The translations under genes were made by a program, and so were the position numbers. The notes beneath the pieces were generated by a model. That model ran no database searches, was not told where the DNA came from, and saw only the letters and a list, made by a program, of their open reading frames with translations. From assembly GCF_000281045.1 (NCBI RefSeq), contig NW_008246071.1:1023353-1053137 (forward strand): a stretch of 29,785 nt of DNA, written 5' to 3'. Below, one piece after another: positions 10,001 through 23,463 of this stretch. Every line of letters starts with the position of its first letter. The first letter of the stretch is position 1. Origin of the DNA: Saprolegnia diclina VS20. Taxonomy: Eukaryota.

Positions 10001-13000
10001 ATGATCACGAAGCTCGAAGCGGACTTCAATCCGTACTACAAGCTCTGGACCATGTGCGCCGAGTTCAACGTCAACAAGCAAGCGTGGCTCACCGGTCCGT
10101 TCCTTGAGCTCAAGGGCGGGGAGATCGAAGCCAATGTCACCGAGTGGTGGAAGGCAAGCTACAAGCTCAGCAAGCAGCTCGCCGAGGAAGCACCAGGGTC
10201 GGCCGAGGTTGCGCTCATCTTGCGCGAGCGCACGGACGAATTCCGAGCGTACTTGCCAGTGATCCAGTCGCTGGCGTCGCCAGCGCTTCGGGAGCGCCAC
10301 TGGGAGCTGCTTCGCAACAAGATTGGACTCGAAGAGACGGACGAAGAGCTCACACTCGCCCAGCTGCTCGAGAAGGGAATCACCCAGCACATTGATACGA
10401 TCCAAGAAGTGAGCATGGTCGCGGAGAAGGAGTATACGCTCGAGAAGAACCTCAGCGCGATGATCAGCGAGTGGGAACCCATCGAGTTTGAGTGTCTGCC
10501 ATACCGCGAGACGGGCACGTACCTCATCAAGAGCGTGGACGACATTATCGCGCTCCTCGACGACCACATTGTCAAGACGCAGACAATGCGCGGGTCTCCG
10601 TACGTCAAGAACATTGAGAAGGAGTGCAAAGCGTGGGAGAAAAAGCTCCAATACTCCCAGCAGCTCATTGACGAGTGGATGAGCTGCCAGCGCACGTGGC
10701 TGTACCTCGAAGCAATCTTCAGCTCGGAGGATATCATGCGACAAATGCCGACCGAAGCGCGGCGGTTCGCGTCCGTTGATGCACTCTGGCGCAAAACCAT
10801 GGAAGACACGGTCGCGGACCCCAACTTTATGAACGTCATCAACATGGACAAGCTGCTCCAAAAGTTTCAAAAGGCCAACGAAAAGCTCGACGAGATCCAG
10901 AAAGGTTTGAACGACTACCTCGAGATGAAGCGCCTGTACTTTCCCCGCTTCTTCTTCCTCTCCAACGACGAACTCCTCGAGATCCTCAGCCAGACGAAGG
11001 AGCCAAAGGCCGTCCAGCCACACCTTGGCAAGTGCTTTGAAGGCATCAACAAGGTCACGTTTACGAACGTCCTCTTGATCACCGAGATGATCTCGAGCCA
11101 AGGCGAGGTCGTGACGCTCAAAACGACCGTCAACCCCGAGAGTGCTAAGAACAAGGGCAACGTCGAAATGTGGTTGCTTGAGCTCGAAATCAACCAATGG
11201 GACACGATCCGCGACCACACGGCGCGCGCGATCGGTACCTACCCCCAGGTACATGGGTGATTGCATGTCTTCAGACACTGATAGGTGCGTAGGTCATCCG
11301 CGAGCAGTGGATCTTGCAATGGCCCGCCCAAGTTGTGCTCGGCGCGTCGCAGGTGTACTGGACGACCGAAGTCAACGAAGCCATCACGTCCAAGGGCAAC
11401 GAAGGACTCAAGGAGTACGTGCAAGTGCTCAACACGCAGCTCGATAAAGTCGTCATGCTCGTGCGTGGTAACTTGACCAAGCTGGAGCGCACAACGATTG
11501 GTGCGCTCGTTGTCATTGACGTCCACGCTCGAGGTACTTTCTGGTTGAACATGTACATTTTAGAGATGGCCTGGTTTATAGACACGATCGCACACATGAT
11601 TGCGAAGGGCGTTGAGAACGACCAGGACTTTGAGTGGATCTCGCAGCTGCGCTACTACTGGATCGAAGGCGCCAAGGTCGCCAAGCAGTTTGACCTCCAA
11701 GCACGCATTGTGAATGCACGCGTCAAGTACGGCTACGAGTACCTCGGCAACACGATGCGCCTCGTGATTACGCCGCTCACCGATCGTTGCTACCGCACGA
11801 TGATGGGAGCCATCGACTTGCTTTATGGTATCGTATCGAGCCGTTATATGCTCTCACCGTACCAATGTAGGCGGTGCGCCCGAGGGACCAGCCGGCACGG
11901 GCAAGACCGAGACTGTCAAGGATCTCTCCAAAGCCATTGCAATCCAGTGCGTCGTCTTCAACTGCTCCGACGGTCTTGACTACCTCGCCATGGCCAAGTT
12001 CTTCAAGGGCCTTGCGGGCTGCGGCTCGTGGTGTTGCTTTGACGAGTTCAACCGCATCAACATCGAAGTGCTCAGTGTCATTGCGCAGCAGATTTTGACC
12101 ATCAACGAGGGCAAGAAGGCCAACGTGGACAAGTTTATGTTTGAAGGCACATACATCAAGCTCAATGCGAGCGCCAACGTCTTCATTACCATGAACCCCG
12201 GTACGTCTTTATCTTCTCTTGGCAACTAAATAGAACCTCGCAATCGTAGGCTACGCTGGGCGTGCCGAGCTCCCCGATAACCTCAAGGCACTCTTTCGCC
12301 CATGTGCTATGATGGTACCCGACTATGCGCTCATCTCGGAGATCCGTCTCTACTCGTTTGGGTTTGCCAACGCTCGGGCCAATGCACGCAAGCTCACGCA
12401 AGTGCTCCAGCTCAGCTCCGAGCAGCTGAGTTCGCAAAAACACTACGACTATGGCATGCGCGCCGTCAATTCGATTCTCGTCGCGGCCGGGAACCTTCGT
12501 CAACAGCTCGGCGACGACCCGTTCTGGACCGAAGACAAGATTGTCTTGCGGTGCGCTTCGTCCTAAATGAACGATCGTGACGGGTCCACACGTAGGTCGG
12601 TGCAGGATGTCAACTTGCCAAAGTTTACGACCGATGATCTGCCGCTCTTCCGAGGCATTACGTCCGACTTGTTTCCGGGCGCCGAGATCCCGTCGCCAGA
12701 CCACGGCCGCCTCATCCCGATGATCAACCTCATGTGCACACAAGGCATCAGCATCGCGCCCGACTCGCTCACCAAGCTGCAACCCAAGGCCGAGTTTCGT
12801 CAAAAAGTCATCCAGCTCTACGAAACCGTGCGACTTCACCATGTACAGTCCGGTACAGGTGCCAACGAGTCGTTTCCTCGTAGGTACTTGTACGTCATGG
12901 GCTCATGGTCGTTGGTATCACGGGCAGTGGCAAGACGTGCATTGTTCATACGTTGGCGGCCGCCATCACAGCCGTTTACAACGAAAGCGAGGGCAAGTCG

Positions 13001-16000
13001 CAGTCGCTCGTGCACGTGCACACGATGAACCCCAAGTCGATCACGTCCGGCCAGCTCTACGGCAACTTTGATGAAAATACACACGAGTGGAGCGACGGTG
13101 TCTTGGCCAAGACGTATCGCGACTGCGCACGCGACACAACCGACGACCGGCAATGGGTCATGTTTGACGGTCCCGTCGACGCGGTTTGGATCGAGAACAT
13201 GAACACCGTCTTGGACGACAACAAGAAGCTATGCTTGATGAGCGGCGAGATTGTGAAAATGACGGACCGCATGACCATGATGTTCGAGACCGAGGACCTC
13301 GAAGAGGCGAGTCCGGCGACCGTCAGTCGCGTCGGCATGGTCTTTCTCGAGCCAAAGAACCTCGGCTGGGAGACTCTGCTGAAAACCTGGTACACAAATG
13401 TTCCATTTGCGAGCAACTACCAAAGGGATATATATGTAGGCTCGAGCACTTTCTACCAAGCGACTTGAAGGCACAGTCAGCGTTTATTCAAAACCTGTTC
13501 GAGTGGCTCGTGCCGCCGCTACTCTTTTTTGTCGACAAAAACTGCATTGTGCCCACGTCCGTGACTTTTCTCGAGCTCGTCGCGAGCTTGATTCGTCTCT
13601 TTGGCTGCATCCTCGACGTGCCAATCGCCAACCTCTCGTCCGACATTCGCGGCGTCCTCGAAGGCATGTTTTTGAAAGCTCTCGTGTGGTCGCTCGGTGC
13701 GTGCGTCGACGCCAAGTCGCGCGTCGCATTCGATTTGTACCTCCGCGCGCTCACGTCCGGTACGATCGACAGCAGCAACAACGAAGCGTACGCCAACTTT
13801 CGGCTCAAGAACCCTTCGTATGCGGTTGCGCCGCGCGCAACGACCGCCGCGTTTCCAGACGAAGGCATCGTGTACGACTATCGCTTTGACGGCAAGAAGG
13901 CGACGTGGGTCAACTGGATGGAGTCGGCGTCGACTGCCGCGATCCCGCGCGACATGCCGTTTACGTCGATCTTGGTGCCCACGATCGATACGGAGCGCAA
14001 CTCGTGGATTCTCGACACACTCTTGACGCACCACCACCACGTGCTCGCAACGGGCGACACGGGCACGGGCAAGTCCGTTTCGATCAAGAAGAAGCTGCTC
14101 ACAGGGCTGAACGAGACGTTTTCGTCCATCTTTATGAACTTTAGCGCCCAAACCAGCGCCAACCAGACCCAAGACATCATCGAGTCCAAGCTCGATAAGC
14201 GCCGCAAAGGCGTCTTGGGGCCGCCGCTCGGCATGAGCTGCGTCATTTTCGTCGACGATCTCAACATGCCGGCCAAAGAGACGTACGGCGCGCAGCCGCC
14301 GATTGAGCTCCTCCGGCAGTGGATGGGTCATGGCGGGTGGTACAACCGCAAGGACAATACGTTCTTGCAGCTCGTGGACGTGCAGTTTATCGCGGCCATG
14401 GGCCCACCGGGCGGCGGGCGCACCAAGATCACGCAGCGCTACATTCGGTACTTCAACTTGATCAACTTTGTGTCGTTCGACTCGACGAGCCTCAAGCTCA
14501 TCTTTTCCAAAATCTCGGACTGGTTCCTCATGAACTTTCCGGCGTCCATCAAGGCCATGACCACGCCCGTCGTCGCGGCAACGATCGACATTTACGACAA
14601 CATTTCATCGACGCTGCTGCCGACGCCGGCCAAGTCACACTACACCTTCAACCTGCGCGATCTCTCCAAGGTGTTTCAGGGCATCTCGCTCGGTACCCCC
14701 GATGTGCTCAAGGATGCCAAAGACGTGGTGCGGCTATGGAGTCACGAGTGCCTCCGTGTCTTTCACGACCGTCTCATTGACCAAAGCGACCGGTCGTGGT
14801 TCCTCAACGTACTCGGCGAGACCGTTCAGACGCACTTTACGCTCAACTACGTCAAGGACGTCCGGGGGCCGAACGAAGTGCTCATTTACGGGAATTTCGG
14901 AGACGCCAAGTCGACCAAGAAGATCTACGCCGAGCTCCGGGACCGTGACACGCTCCAGAAATCCATGACGCTCTTTCTCGAGGACTTTAACAACATGACG
15001 TCGGCGCCCATGAGGCTCGTGCTGTTCCAGAACGCGATCGAGCACGTCGCGCGCATCTCGCGTGTCATCCACCAGCCGTACGGCAACTCGCTTCTCGTCG
15101 GCGTCGGCGGCAGCGGTCGCAAGTCCCTCACGACGCTCGCGGTGTTTATGGCCGACTTTAAGCTCTTCCAGATTGAAATCTCCAAGTCCTACTCGCGCAA
15201 CGATTGGCGCAACGACTTGAAAAAGGTGCTCCAGCTCAGTGGTGTCTCGAACCAGCCGACAGTCTTTCTCTTTTCAGACACGCAGATCGTCGAGGAGTCG
15301 TACCTCGAGGACATCAACGGCATCCTCAACACGGGCGAAGTCGCGAATCTCTGGGCCAACGACGAGCTCATGACCATCAACGAAGGCGTCGAGAGCGCTG
15401 CGAACGCCGCGGGTCTCAATACGAGCAATGCCGCCGAGGTCTACAACTTCTTTGTCAGTCGGTGCCGCACGAACTTGCATGTTGTGCTGGCGCTGAGTCC
15501 GATCGGCGACGCGTTCCGTCGGCGCCTGCGCATGTTTCCGTCGCTTGTCAACTGCTGCACGATCGATTGGTTCACCGAGTGGCCGGAAGAGGCCCTTCGC
15601 AGTGTCGCCGACCACTTTCTCGTCGACATTGAAATGCCGTCCAAGATGAAGATTGGCCTCGTCGATGTGTGCGTCGATATGCAAGAACGTGTCTCGATGA
15701 TGTCGCGCGACTTTCTCCAGAGCTTGCGCCGGCACTACTACGTGACGCCGACGTCGTACCTTGAGCTCATCAACACGTTCAAGAAGCTCCTCAACACGAA
15801 GCGCATGGAAGTGAGTCAAATGAAACAGCGCTACGACAACGGCTTGACCAAGCTCATGGAGACGGCCGACCAAGTCGAAAAGATGCAAGTCGAGCTCGAA
15901 GCGCTCCAACCAATGCTCAAGGTCGCCACGGTCGAGACGGACGCGCTTCTTGAGACGATTGCGCGCGAGCAAAAAGACGCGAATGCGACCAAGACAGTCG

Positions 16001-19000
16001 TCGCCGCCGAAGAGGCGCAGTGCAATGAGCAAGCCGCGGCGGCGATGGAGATCAAGACACAGTGCGAGGCCGGCTTGGCCGAGGCGATTCCAGCGCTCGA
16101 GTCGGCTGTCAAGGCGCTCCAGACGCTGACGAAAGGTGATATCACCGAGGTCAAGGCCATGAAGAAGCCGCCAGACGGCGTCAAGCTCGTCATGGAGGCC
16201 GTGTGCATCATGATGAGTGTCGCACCGCTCAAGATCAAGGACCCCGCGGGCGGTACGAAAAAGATCGACGACTACTGGGGCCCGGCTCAGAAAACGCTAC
16301 TGAACGACACGCGCTTTTTGCAAAACCTCCTCGACTACGACAAGGACAACATCTCGGCTGAAATCGCCGAGAAGGTTCGGCCGTATGCCGAGAACCCGGA
16401 CTTTTCACCGCCAATCATCAAGAAGGCCTCCGTGGCTGCGTCCGGTCTCTGCTCGTGGGTGCATGCGATGGCCGTGTACAACCGCGTCTCGAAAGTGGTA
16501 GCGCCTAAGCGTGAAGCGCTCAAAGCGGCGACATTGCAGCTGGAAGCGGCACAAACCAACCTCAAGGCCAAGCAAGACGCGCTCCAGGTCGTGCTCGACA
16601 AGGTCGCACGCCTCGAGGCCGACCTTGCGGGCGCCATGAAGAAGAAGGCGGACTTGCAATTCCAGGTCGATGATTGCAGCAAAAAGCTTATTCGCGCCAA
16701 CCAACTCATTGGCGGTCTTGGCGGCGAGCGCTCGCGCTGGCAAGAGATGAGCGCCAAGCTCCAGATTGTGTACGACAATGTCATTGGCGACATCATGCTC
16801 AGTAGCGGCGTCATCGCGTACCTCGGCGCGTTCACATCGGCCTTCCGCGAAAACGCCGTAGAGCATTGGAGCGAGCAGCTGCAGATGAAGGGCATTACGT
16901 GCTCGGACAAGTACAGCTTGACGACGACGCTCGGCGACCCTGTGAAGATTCGCGAGTGGACCATCTGCAAGCTCCCGAACGACTCGTTCTCGATTGACAA
17001 TGCCATCATGCTCTTTCGAAGCAACCGCTGGCCCCTTGTACGTCTCGATATGTACACAAATGGATGGATATAATGTGCAACTTGTGTAGATGATTGATCC
17101 GCAAGGCCAAGCGAATCGGTGGGTCAAAAACATGGAGGAGAAGTCGAGTAGTCTCAAGGTCGTCAAGCTCACGCAAGCCGGGTTCGTCCGCGCGCTCGAG
17201 AACGCCATTGTCGTCGGCGCGCCCATGCTTATCGAGAACCTCGCAGAAGAAATCGACCCAATGCTCGAGCCGGTCTTGCTCAAGCAGATTGTCAAGGCTG
17301 GTGGCGTGCTCACGATCCGACTCGGCGACAACACGGTCGAGTACGACCCCAACTTTCGACTGTACATGACGACCAAGCTCCGGAACCCGCATTACGCACC
17401 GGAGACGTGCGTCAAAGTCAACTTGCTCAACTTTATGGCGACTGAGGAAGGGCTCCAGGACCAAATGCTCGGTATCGTCGTTGCCAAAGAAGAGCCAGTA
17501 CTCGAAGCGCAGCGAGAAAAGCTCGTGCTCGAGGATGCGGCCAACAAGAAGACTCTGAAAGAAATCGAAGACAAGATTCTCCACATGCTGCAGACGGCCG
17601 AGGGCAACATTCTGAACGACGAACGGCTCATTGAGACCCTCGGAGCCTCCAAGATCACGGCGAATACGATCGAAATCAAGGTTCAGGAGGCCGCCGCGAC
17701 CCAACTCATCATTGCCGAGAAGCGGGCGGGGTACACACCCGTGGCGTTCCGCGCGTCACAGCTCTTTTTCTGCATCGCCGACCTCTCGGTGATTGACCCC
17801 ATGTACCAGTATGCGCTCGAGTGGTTCATTCAGCTCTTTGTCTACTCGATTGCACGTGCTGAGAAGAGCGCCGACTTGGCCAAGCGGCTCGTGAACCTCA
17901 ACGAGCAGTTTACGTACACCTTGTACGTCAACGTGTGCCGGTCGCTTTTTGAGAAGGACAAGCTCCTCTTTGCGTTCCTGCTCACCGTCAAGATCCTCAC
18001 GGGCAACAAGACGATTACGCCGGGTGACCTCCGGTATTTCTTCACGGGCAACACGGCAATGGACTCGAGCAAACCGAATCCGTGCCCGAATTGGATGAGC
18101 ATGAAGACGTGGGCCGACGTCGTTGGGCTCGAGAACCTTCCGGCGTTCCCCAACTTTGGCGACACGTTTGTATCCGAGCTGGCGCTCTGGGCCACGTGCT
18201 ACAACTCGCAGGACCCGGCAGTCGACATGATGCAGATCCCGTCCATGGCCTCGTACGACTCGTTCCAGCGCCTCGTTGTGCTGCGCTGCTTCCGGCCGGA
18301 CAAGGTCGTACCGAGCGTCATGCTGTTTGTCGCAGCGCAAATGGGCCAGCGCTTTATCGAGCCGCAGCCGTTTGATCTGAAAGCCGGCTACGACGACTCG
18401 ACGTGCGCGACACCGCTCATCTTTGTGCTCACGCCCGGTGCAGACCCCATGTCGGAGCTCCTCAAGCTCGCGGCCGAGATGGGCTTTACGAAAAAGTTTG
18501 TCGCTATTTCGCTGGGGCAGGGGCAGGGCCCCCTTGCGGAAAATGCGATCGCGGAAGCCATCGACAATGGCAACTGGGTTTGCCTCCAAAACTGCCATCT
18601 CAGCGTAAGTTGGCTCCCGACGCTCGAACGACTCTGTGAAGAGATCACGCCAGATCGCGTCCACGCGTCGTTCCGTTTGTGGCTCACGTCCGAGCCGTCG
18701 CGGCAATTCCCGCCCTTTATTCTGCAAAACGGAGTCAAAATGACCAACGAACCACCAAAAGGCATGCGTGCCAACTTGAAGGGGAGTTATCTCACTTTCT
18801 CGGACGACTGGCTCAGCTCGTGCTCGCGTCCCGTCGAATTCAAGAAGCTTCTCTTTGGCTTGTGTTTCTTTCATGCGACGGTCCGTGAACGCACCAAGTT
18901 TGGCCCGCTTGGTTGGAATATCAAGTATGTGTTTTCGGGCTCGGACCTCAATATTTCCAAGGACCAGCTCAAGATCTGCCTCGACGACCTCAACGGAAGC

Positions 19001-20285
19001 GACGCAATTCCGTACGCAGCGCTTGGGTACCTCGCCGGCGAGTGCAACTATGGCGGCCGCGTCACGGACGACAAGGATCGGCGCTGCATTGTCAATACGC
19101 TCTCGGACTTTTACACGCCGCTCATCCAGGACGACACGTACAAGTTTAGCCCGTCCGGGCTCTACTTTGCGCCCGGCAATGGCCCACTGCAAACGTACCT
19201 CGACTACATTGATCAACTCCCAATGAACGAAGGCCCCGAGATCTTTGGCTTGCACGACAACGCCAACATTTCATGTGCGATCGCTGAAACCAATCTCCTC
19301 TTGGAGTCGGCGCTCTCGCTCCAGCCGCGAAGCAGCGGCGGTGGTGGCAAGTCCTGGGACCAGTCGCTCGCCGAAGTCGCGGCCGACATTGGCAGTCGCA
19401 TTCCGCCCGTCTTTGATATTGAAAAGGCCGATCTCGACTTTCCCGTGTGTTACGAAGAGAGCATGAACACGGTGCTGACGCAAGAGCTCATTCGCTTCAA
19501 CAAACTCATCGTGATCATCTCGCGGAGCCTCAAGGAAGTCCAGCGTGCGCTGAAAGGGCTCGTCGTCCTCTCGGCCGAGCTGGAGGCGATGGGCAATTCG
19601 ATGGTCAACGGCCAAGTGCCCGGTATGTGGGCGAGCGTCGCGTACCCGTCGCTCAAGCCGCTCGGCAGCTGGGTCACGGACTTTCTTGCACGCCTCTCGT
19701 TTTTGCAAGCGTGGATCGATGCGAAGCAGTCACCGACGATCTATTGGGTCTCGGGCTTCTTCTTCACGCAAGCCTTCATCACAGGCACGCTTCAAAATTA
19801 CGCCCGAAAGCACCAGCAGCCCATCGACCAGGTAGGATTGTGCTGCGTCATCACTTGTGGACGCATTCAAGTAGGTCGGGTACGACATGCAAGTGCTGAC
19901 GCTGGCGGCCTCGGACGCCATCACGTCCAAAGCCGAAGATGGAGCCTTTATCAATGGCCTCTTCATGGAGGGTGCGCGCTGGGACAACGGCATTATGGCG
20001 ATCGCCGAGTCGCGTCACCGCGAGCTGCACGTTGCGATGCCCGTCATCTTGCTCTTACCCAAGCGCCGCGACGCGATCGAGCCCGTCAAGGACAGCGACC
20101 CGAAAGGCACTGCCCACGTGTACATGTGTCCTGTCTACAAGACCAGTTTGCGCCAAGGTACGCTTTCGACGACAGGGCACTCGACCAACTTTGTCATGTT
20201 CCTGCGCATCCCGATGGCGCCCGAGCACAACCAAAAACACTGGATCCGACGGGGTGTCGCCATGTTGACGCAGCTCGACATTTAG
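7023..20285 (+). CDS. Axonemal dynein heavy chain, single-headed inner-arm type (DNAH1-like N-terminus), ~4164 aa, 17 exons
   Basis: Introns 7436-7479, 7754-7801, 8414-8458, 8550-8598, 8968-9015, 9489-9544, 9836-9883, 11249-11292, 11534-11581, 11828-11870, 12201-12249, 12551-12595, 12828-12883, 13390-13439, 17038-17089, 19832-19874 (all GT..TAG); spliced length 12495 nt. Motifs: linker [19 protein letters not shown]1 [27 protein letters not shown]2 [36 protein letters not shown]3 [11 protein letters not shown]4 GVGGSGRKS; microtubule-binding region [28 protein letters not shown]-terminal CPVYKT and HWIRRGVA. The start codon is the least certain part. Confidence 0.97.
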
Positions 20286-20450
20286 TTGTAAGTAGAACGG
20301 TAAAAAGTCTCTGCACACAGAACAATGTCTCATATTGGACTGGGTCGAGATGTCAATGGCTCCACACGGTGCTGTTTGGGGGATCGAAGGTACATGTGGC
20401 CTTGTACTCGCTGGTTGCTTTGGGGTCGAGTACGCTACAACAATTGTTCA

Positions 20451-22846
20451 TCAGTCACAGGCAGTAGTCGACTCGAGCGACTTCAGAAGCGATTGGCGAC
20501 GAAAAGCTTCCATGCACCCACGACGTGTCCTAGGACAGCGATTCACGTTTAGCATATGCTCGGGGCGGGGGCGTACGGGGGGCGTGAGCTCGGGGGGTGG
20601 CACCCACTCGTCGGGAAGTGCATATGTGGACGTTTGGTACAGCGCGCGATGGTGCGTCGCCGGGTACAGCGGCAGATTGGGCGTCGAGCGCACGACCGTG
20701 CTGCCCTTTTCCAGCGATGCTCTCTTTCGTTCGACGACAATGGGCTTGGGCACGTTGGCGTCGTCGGGCAAAAACCGCTTGCCTTCGATGATTCTGTAGC
20801 CGCCTTTGAGGCGCGCCCGAACGCGGTGGTGCAAGAGCAAGAGCGCCGACTCTTCCGAGTTCATGCGCGTACTCGCCTCGGTCATCATGCGCTGTTCGCC
20901 CCTACATCGCGTCGGCCACGTCGAGCACAATAAAGTCGCTCACCCTTGGAGAATCCCCGCGCTCTCAATGACGCGGCATCCACGGATGCGGCCTTCCCAA
21001 AACTTGGTGACACCGGAAATGGCCTCGTCGATCGAGAGCACGATCCGCGGCAGCTGCGGCTCCAGTGATATCTTCTTTGCCTTTTTCTTTTCGCTGGCGT
21101 TGGTGATGGTGATGCGCTGGATGATGCTGTCCACAGTCTTGGCATCAAACCGCGGCTGCAAGAGACCTTCAATGCTCATCCGTCGCGTATTCTCACTCGG
21201 TGCAGTCTACAGATACTCCTTGGTAACTTTAACGCATACCGCATCGCTACGACCTCGGTGCGGACGTCCCAATGGTCGTCGTGTGTGTTCACCGAGATGC
21301 CGAGCAGCGTGTTGTGCGGCGTGCGCGGCGTCACCACCTCGGAGCTGGAATGGACCGGAAGCGTCAATGGCGCCGGCAGAATCTCTCCGTTCTGCTTCTC
21401 CTCAGTGTCCATCTCGTCGGTTGTCTCGTCGTCGTCGCACGGCAGCGGTGGCGCGCCGGGATCGCGCTCGACGTGGGTTGAAAGCACTTTGAAGACAAAC
21501 GGCAACGTGACGCGGTTGGAGGGAAACGACGTGAGACGCTCGGTTGCATGCTGCACGTCGCGAATGGCAAACGTTTCGGTGAGGCCGTGCAAGTAGACAA
21601 AAACGTCTTCGTGGTCGAGGACGCCGGCCTCCATGTGGTCAAACAAGTGGAAGCGGTCGACGATAACGCGGTAGTTGGCTTCGGAAAAATGCTCGCGGAC
21701 GTCCAGGGGAATGTCTAGAACCTCGTGACGTGTCAATATAACATGCTACGAGGCTCACCAGCTTCGGTCACGATGGCGGCGGGCGACGGGTTGATTCGAC
21801 TCACGACCTTGTCGTACACAACTTGTGAAATGCTACCGAGTAGGTGGCCCCCATTCTTGGAAAGCAGGCACGCGTACCGGCGGCTGTTGGTGAGTTTGGC
21901 CTCGCCGCGCGCTTCCGATGGCCGCCAGTAGGCGTCGGCGAGCGCCATCGCAATGCTTCGGCGCCGGCTCGATCCATCCGGCTCAACGAGAACGTCGTTA
22001 AACACAGAAAACAAGTGACGGCGCACGAGCTTGCGCAGTGCCAAATTCGGCGAAATACCCGGAAACTAAACACGAAATTGTCCCGTAGTCGTGTTGTGCA
22101 CAACGCAATGCCGAAAACCCACCTTGACGATGGCAGCTTGCATGAGTGCCCCGCAAAAGAGCTTGAAGGAGAGCGCGGGCGCGCCGTCTACGCCATATGT
22201 GTCAGAGCCACCGCGTAGACCGTAGCAGGTACCCGCATCGAGGTACGTGCGAAGCTTCCCGAGCATCGCTGTGGCAAAGATCTCTTCTGCCTACGCCAAA
22301 AACTACTAGTATAGCGCAGGAGAAAGAGCGAACAGACGTGGAGCTCCGAAAAGTTGGCCGACAAAATGTGGGCGTCGCGCATGATTTCGAGGAACCGCGC
22401 GAGGTTGATGGACGGAATCCTACTCATGGCCATGTGAACACAACGTCAAGCTGATGCAAGACGTGCTGGTCGCCATGGAAGGACGAGTCGTAGAAGAGAA
22501 ACACCTTGTACACTTGCTCGAGCTCGGCCACCTCCATGGACGATTTCTGCGGTCGCGTGAGCGTCCGAGAAAATGCAAGAGAACGGCGACGTACGTGCGC
22601 AGGGCTAAGACCGTCGGCGTGCGTGATGGCAGCGATCGCAGCTTCGTTGACGAGCCATTGATGCTTGGACAGCGGGTGGTGCATGCGGCGATCGAGCGGC
22701 TAATTTTACAATCCTGCGGTTTTGCGCGACACAATGCCAGAACTTCGCGCAAATACTACACGCCGAAATGCACTGGCTTGGTCACACCTTAGCTTAGTGG
22801 AGGACCGCGGCGACGACGACAGCCGCCATGGCAAGAAGCGGCTCAT
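20451..22846 (-). CDS. Hypothetical protein, ~653 aa, 10 exons, with p25-alpha-like and degenerate EF-hand-like segments
   Basis: Minus-strand introns 22756-22700, 22594-22547, 22466-22420 (GC-AG), 22337-22291, 22232-22188, 22122-22066, 21758-21715, 21253-21207, 20943-20902 give 1962 nt in frame. INLARFLEIMRDAHILSANFSELHAEEIF resembles the p25-alpha/TPPP core; RFHLFDHMEAGVLDHEDV resembles an EF-hand loop. Domain calls and the start are tentative. Confidence 0.65.
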
Positions 22847-23463
22847 GGTGAAGATTTCGATTTGCATGTTAAGCAGCGAGATTCCTTCATGGTCGCAAAA
22901 GCCCCTGGCAGGGACGACCCGGCTGATCGCCACCACTTGGAACTGCAGCAATGAATCTGAAATCTCAGAGTCCCATGGGGGATCAAGGCGCCAAGTCAGA
23001 GGTGACACGAGACTCACAAACTAGACTTTGAACGCTCTCTCTATTATGGTCAAGCCAGGAGGCATCGCACTAGAACTAAATGCAAGATGATAGTAACGAT
23101 AACGTTAGAACGCCTCAAAGATCGTCGAGGACGAGCCGAGTCCCCAGACGAGAGCTTTCGCACACCTCGCCAAAACGAGATGGAGTCCCGCCTCAACGCA
23201 TTAGTAGAGTGAACGTGTGCAAGGTGATGGACCTGGCAAACTGGCCAAAGAAACTCCACAGCAATCCTTCCGAGCGTGCGCGCCGCAAGAGGAGACTGCC
23301 GTCACGTCGCTGCAAATTGCTCTTGGGACTGTCTCAGGTCCGGATACAACGATACAAACGACTTGTGCGGAGCGTCGCGTCCGGATACGAATGGTGTCGC
23401 CTGGCACATGTCGCAGCGTGGCGCCGGGATTCCTTTGCGAGCGCATCATTTTGGTCCGGCTCG

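Noticed and set aside
9704..11278. 524-aa antisense ORF inside dynein (also 17756-19255, 13519-14331, 16405-17376)
   Set aside because: Shadow ORFs: the biased codon usage of the sense gene suppresses stops on the opposite strand, and the translations show no recognisable motifs.
7023..20285. Fragmented dynein ORFs as a pseudogene or programmed frameshifting
   Set aside because: Every break coincides with a 43-56-nt GT..TAG intron, and splicing restores the conserved motifs.
23080..23463. 128-aa N-terminal extension of the BT1 transporter
   Set aside because: Non-coding-like composition; the family-typical N-terminus begins at ATG 23464.
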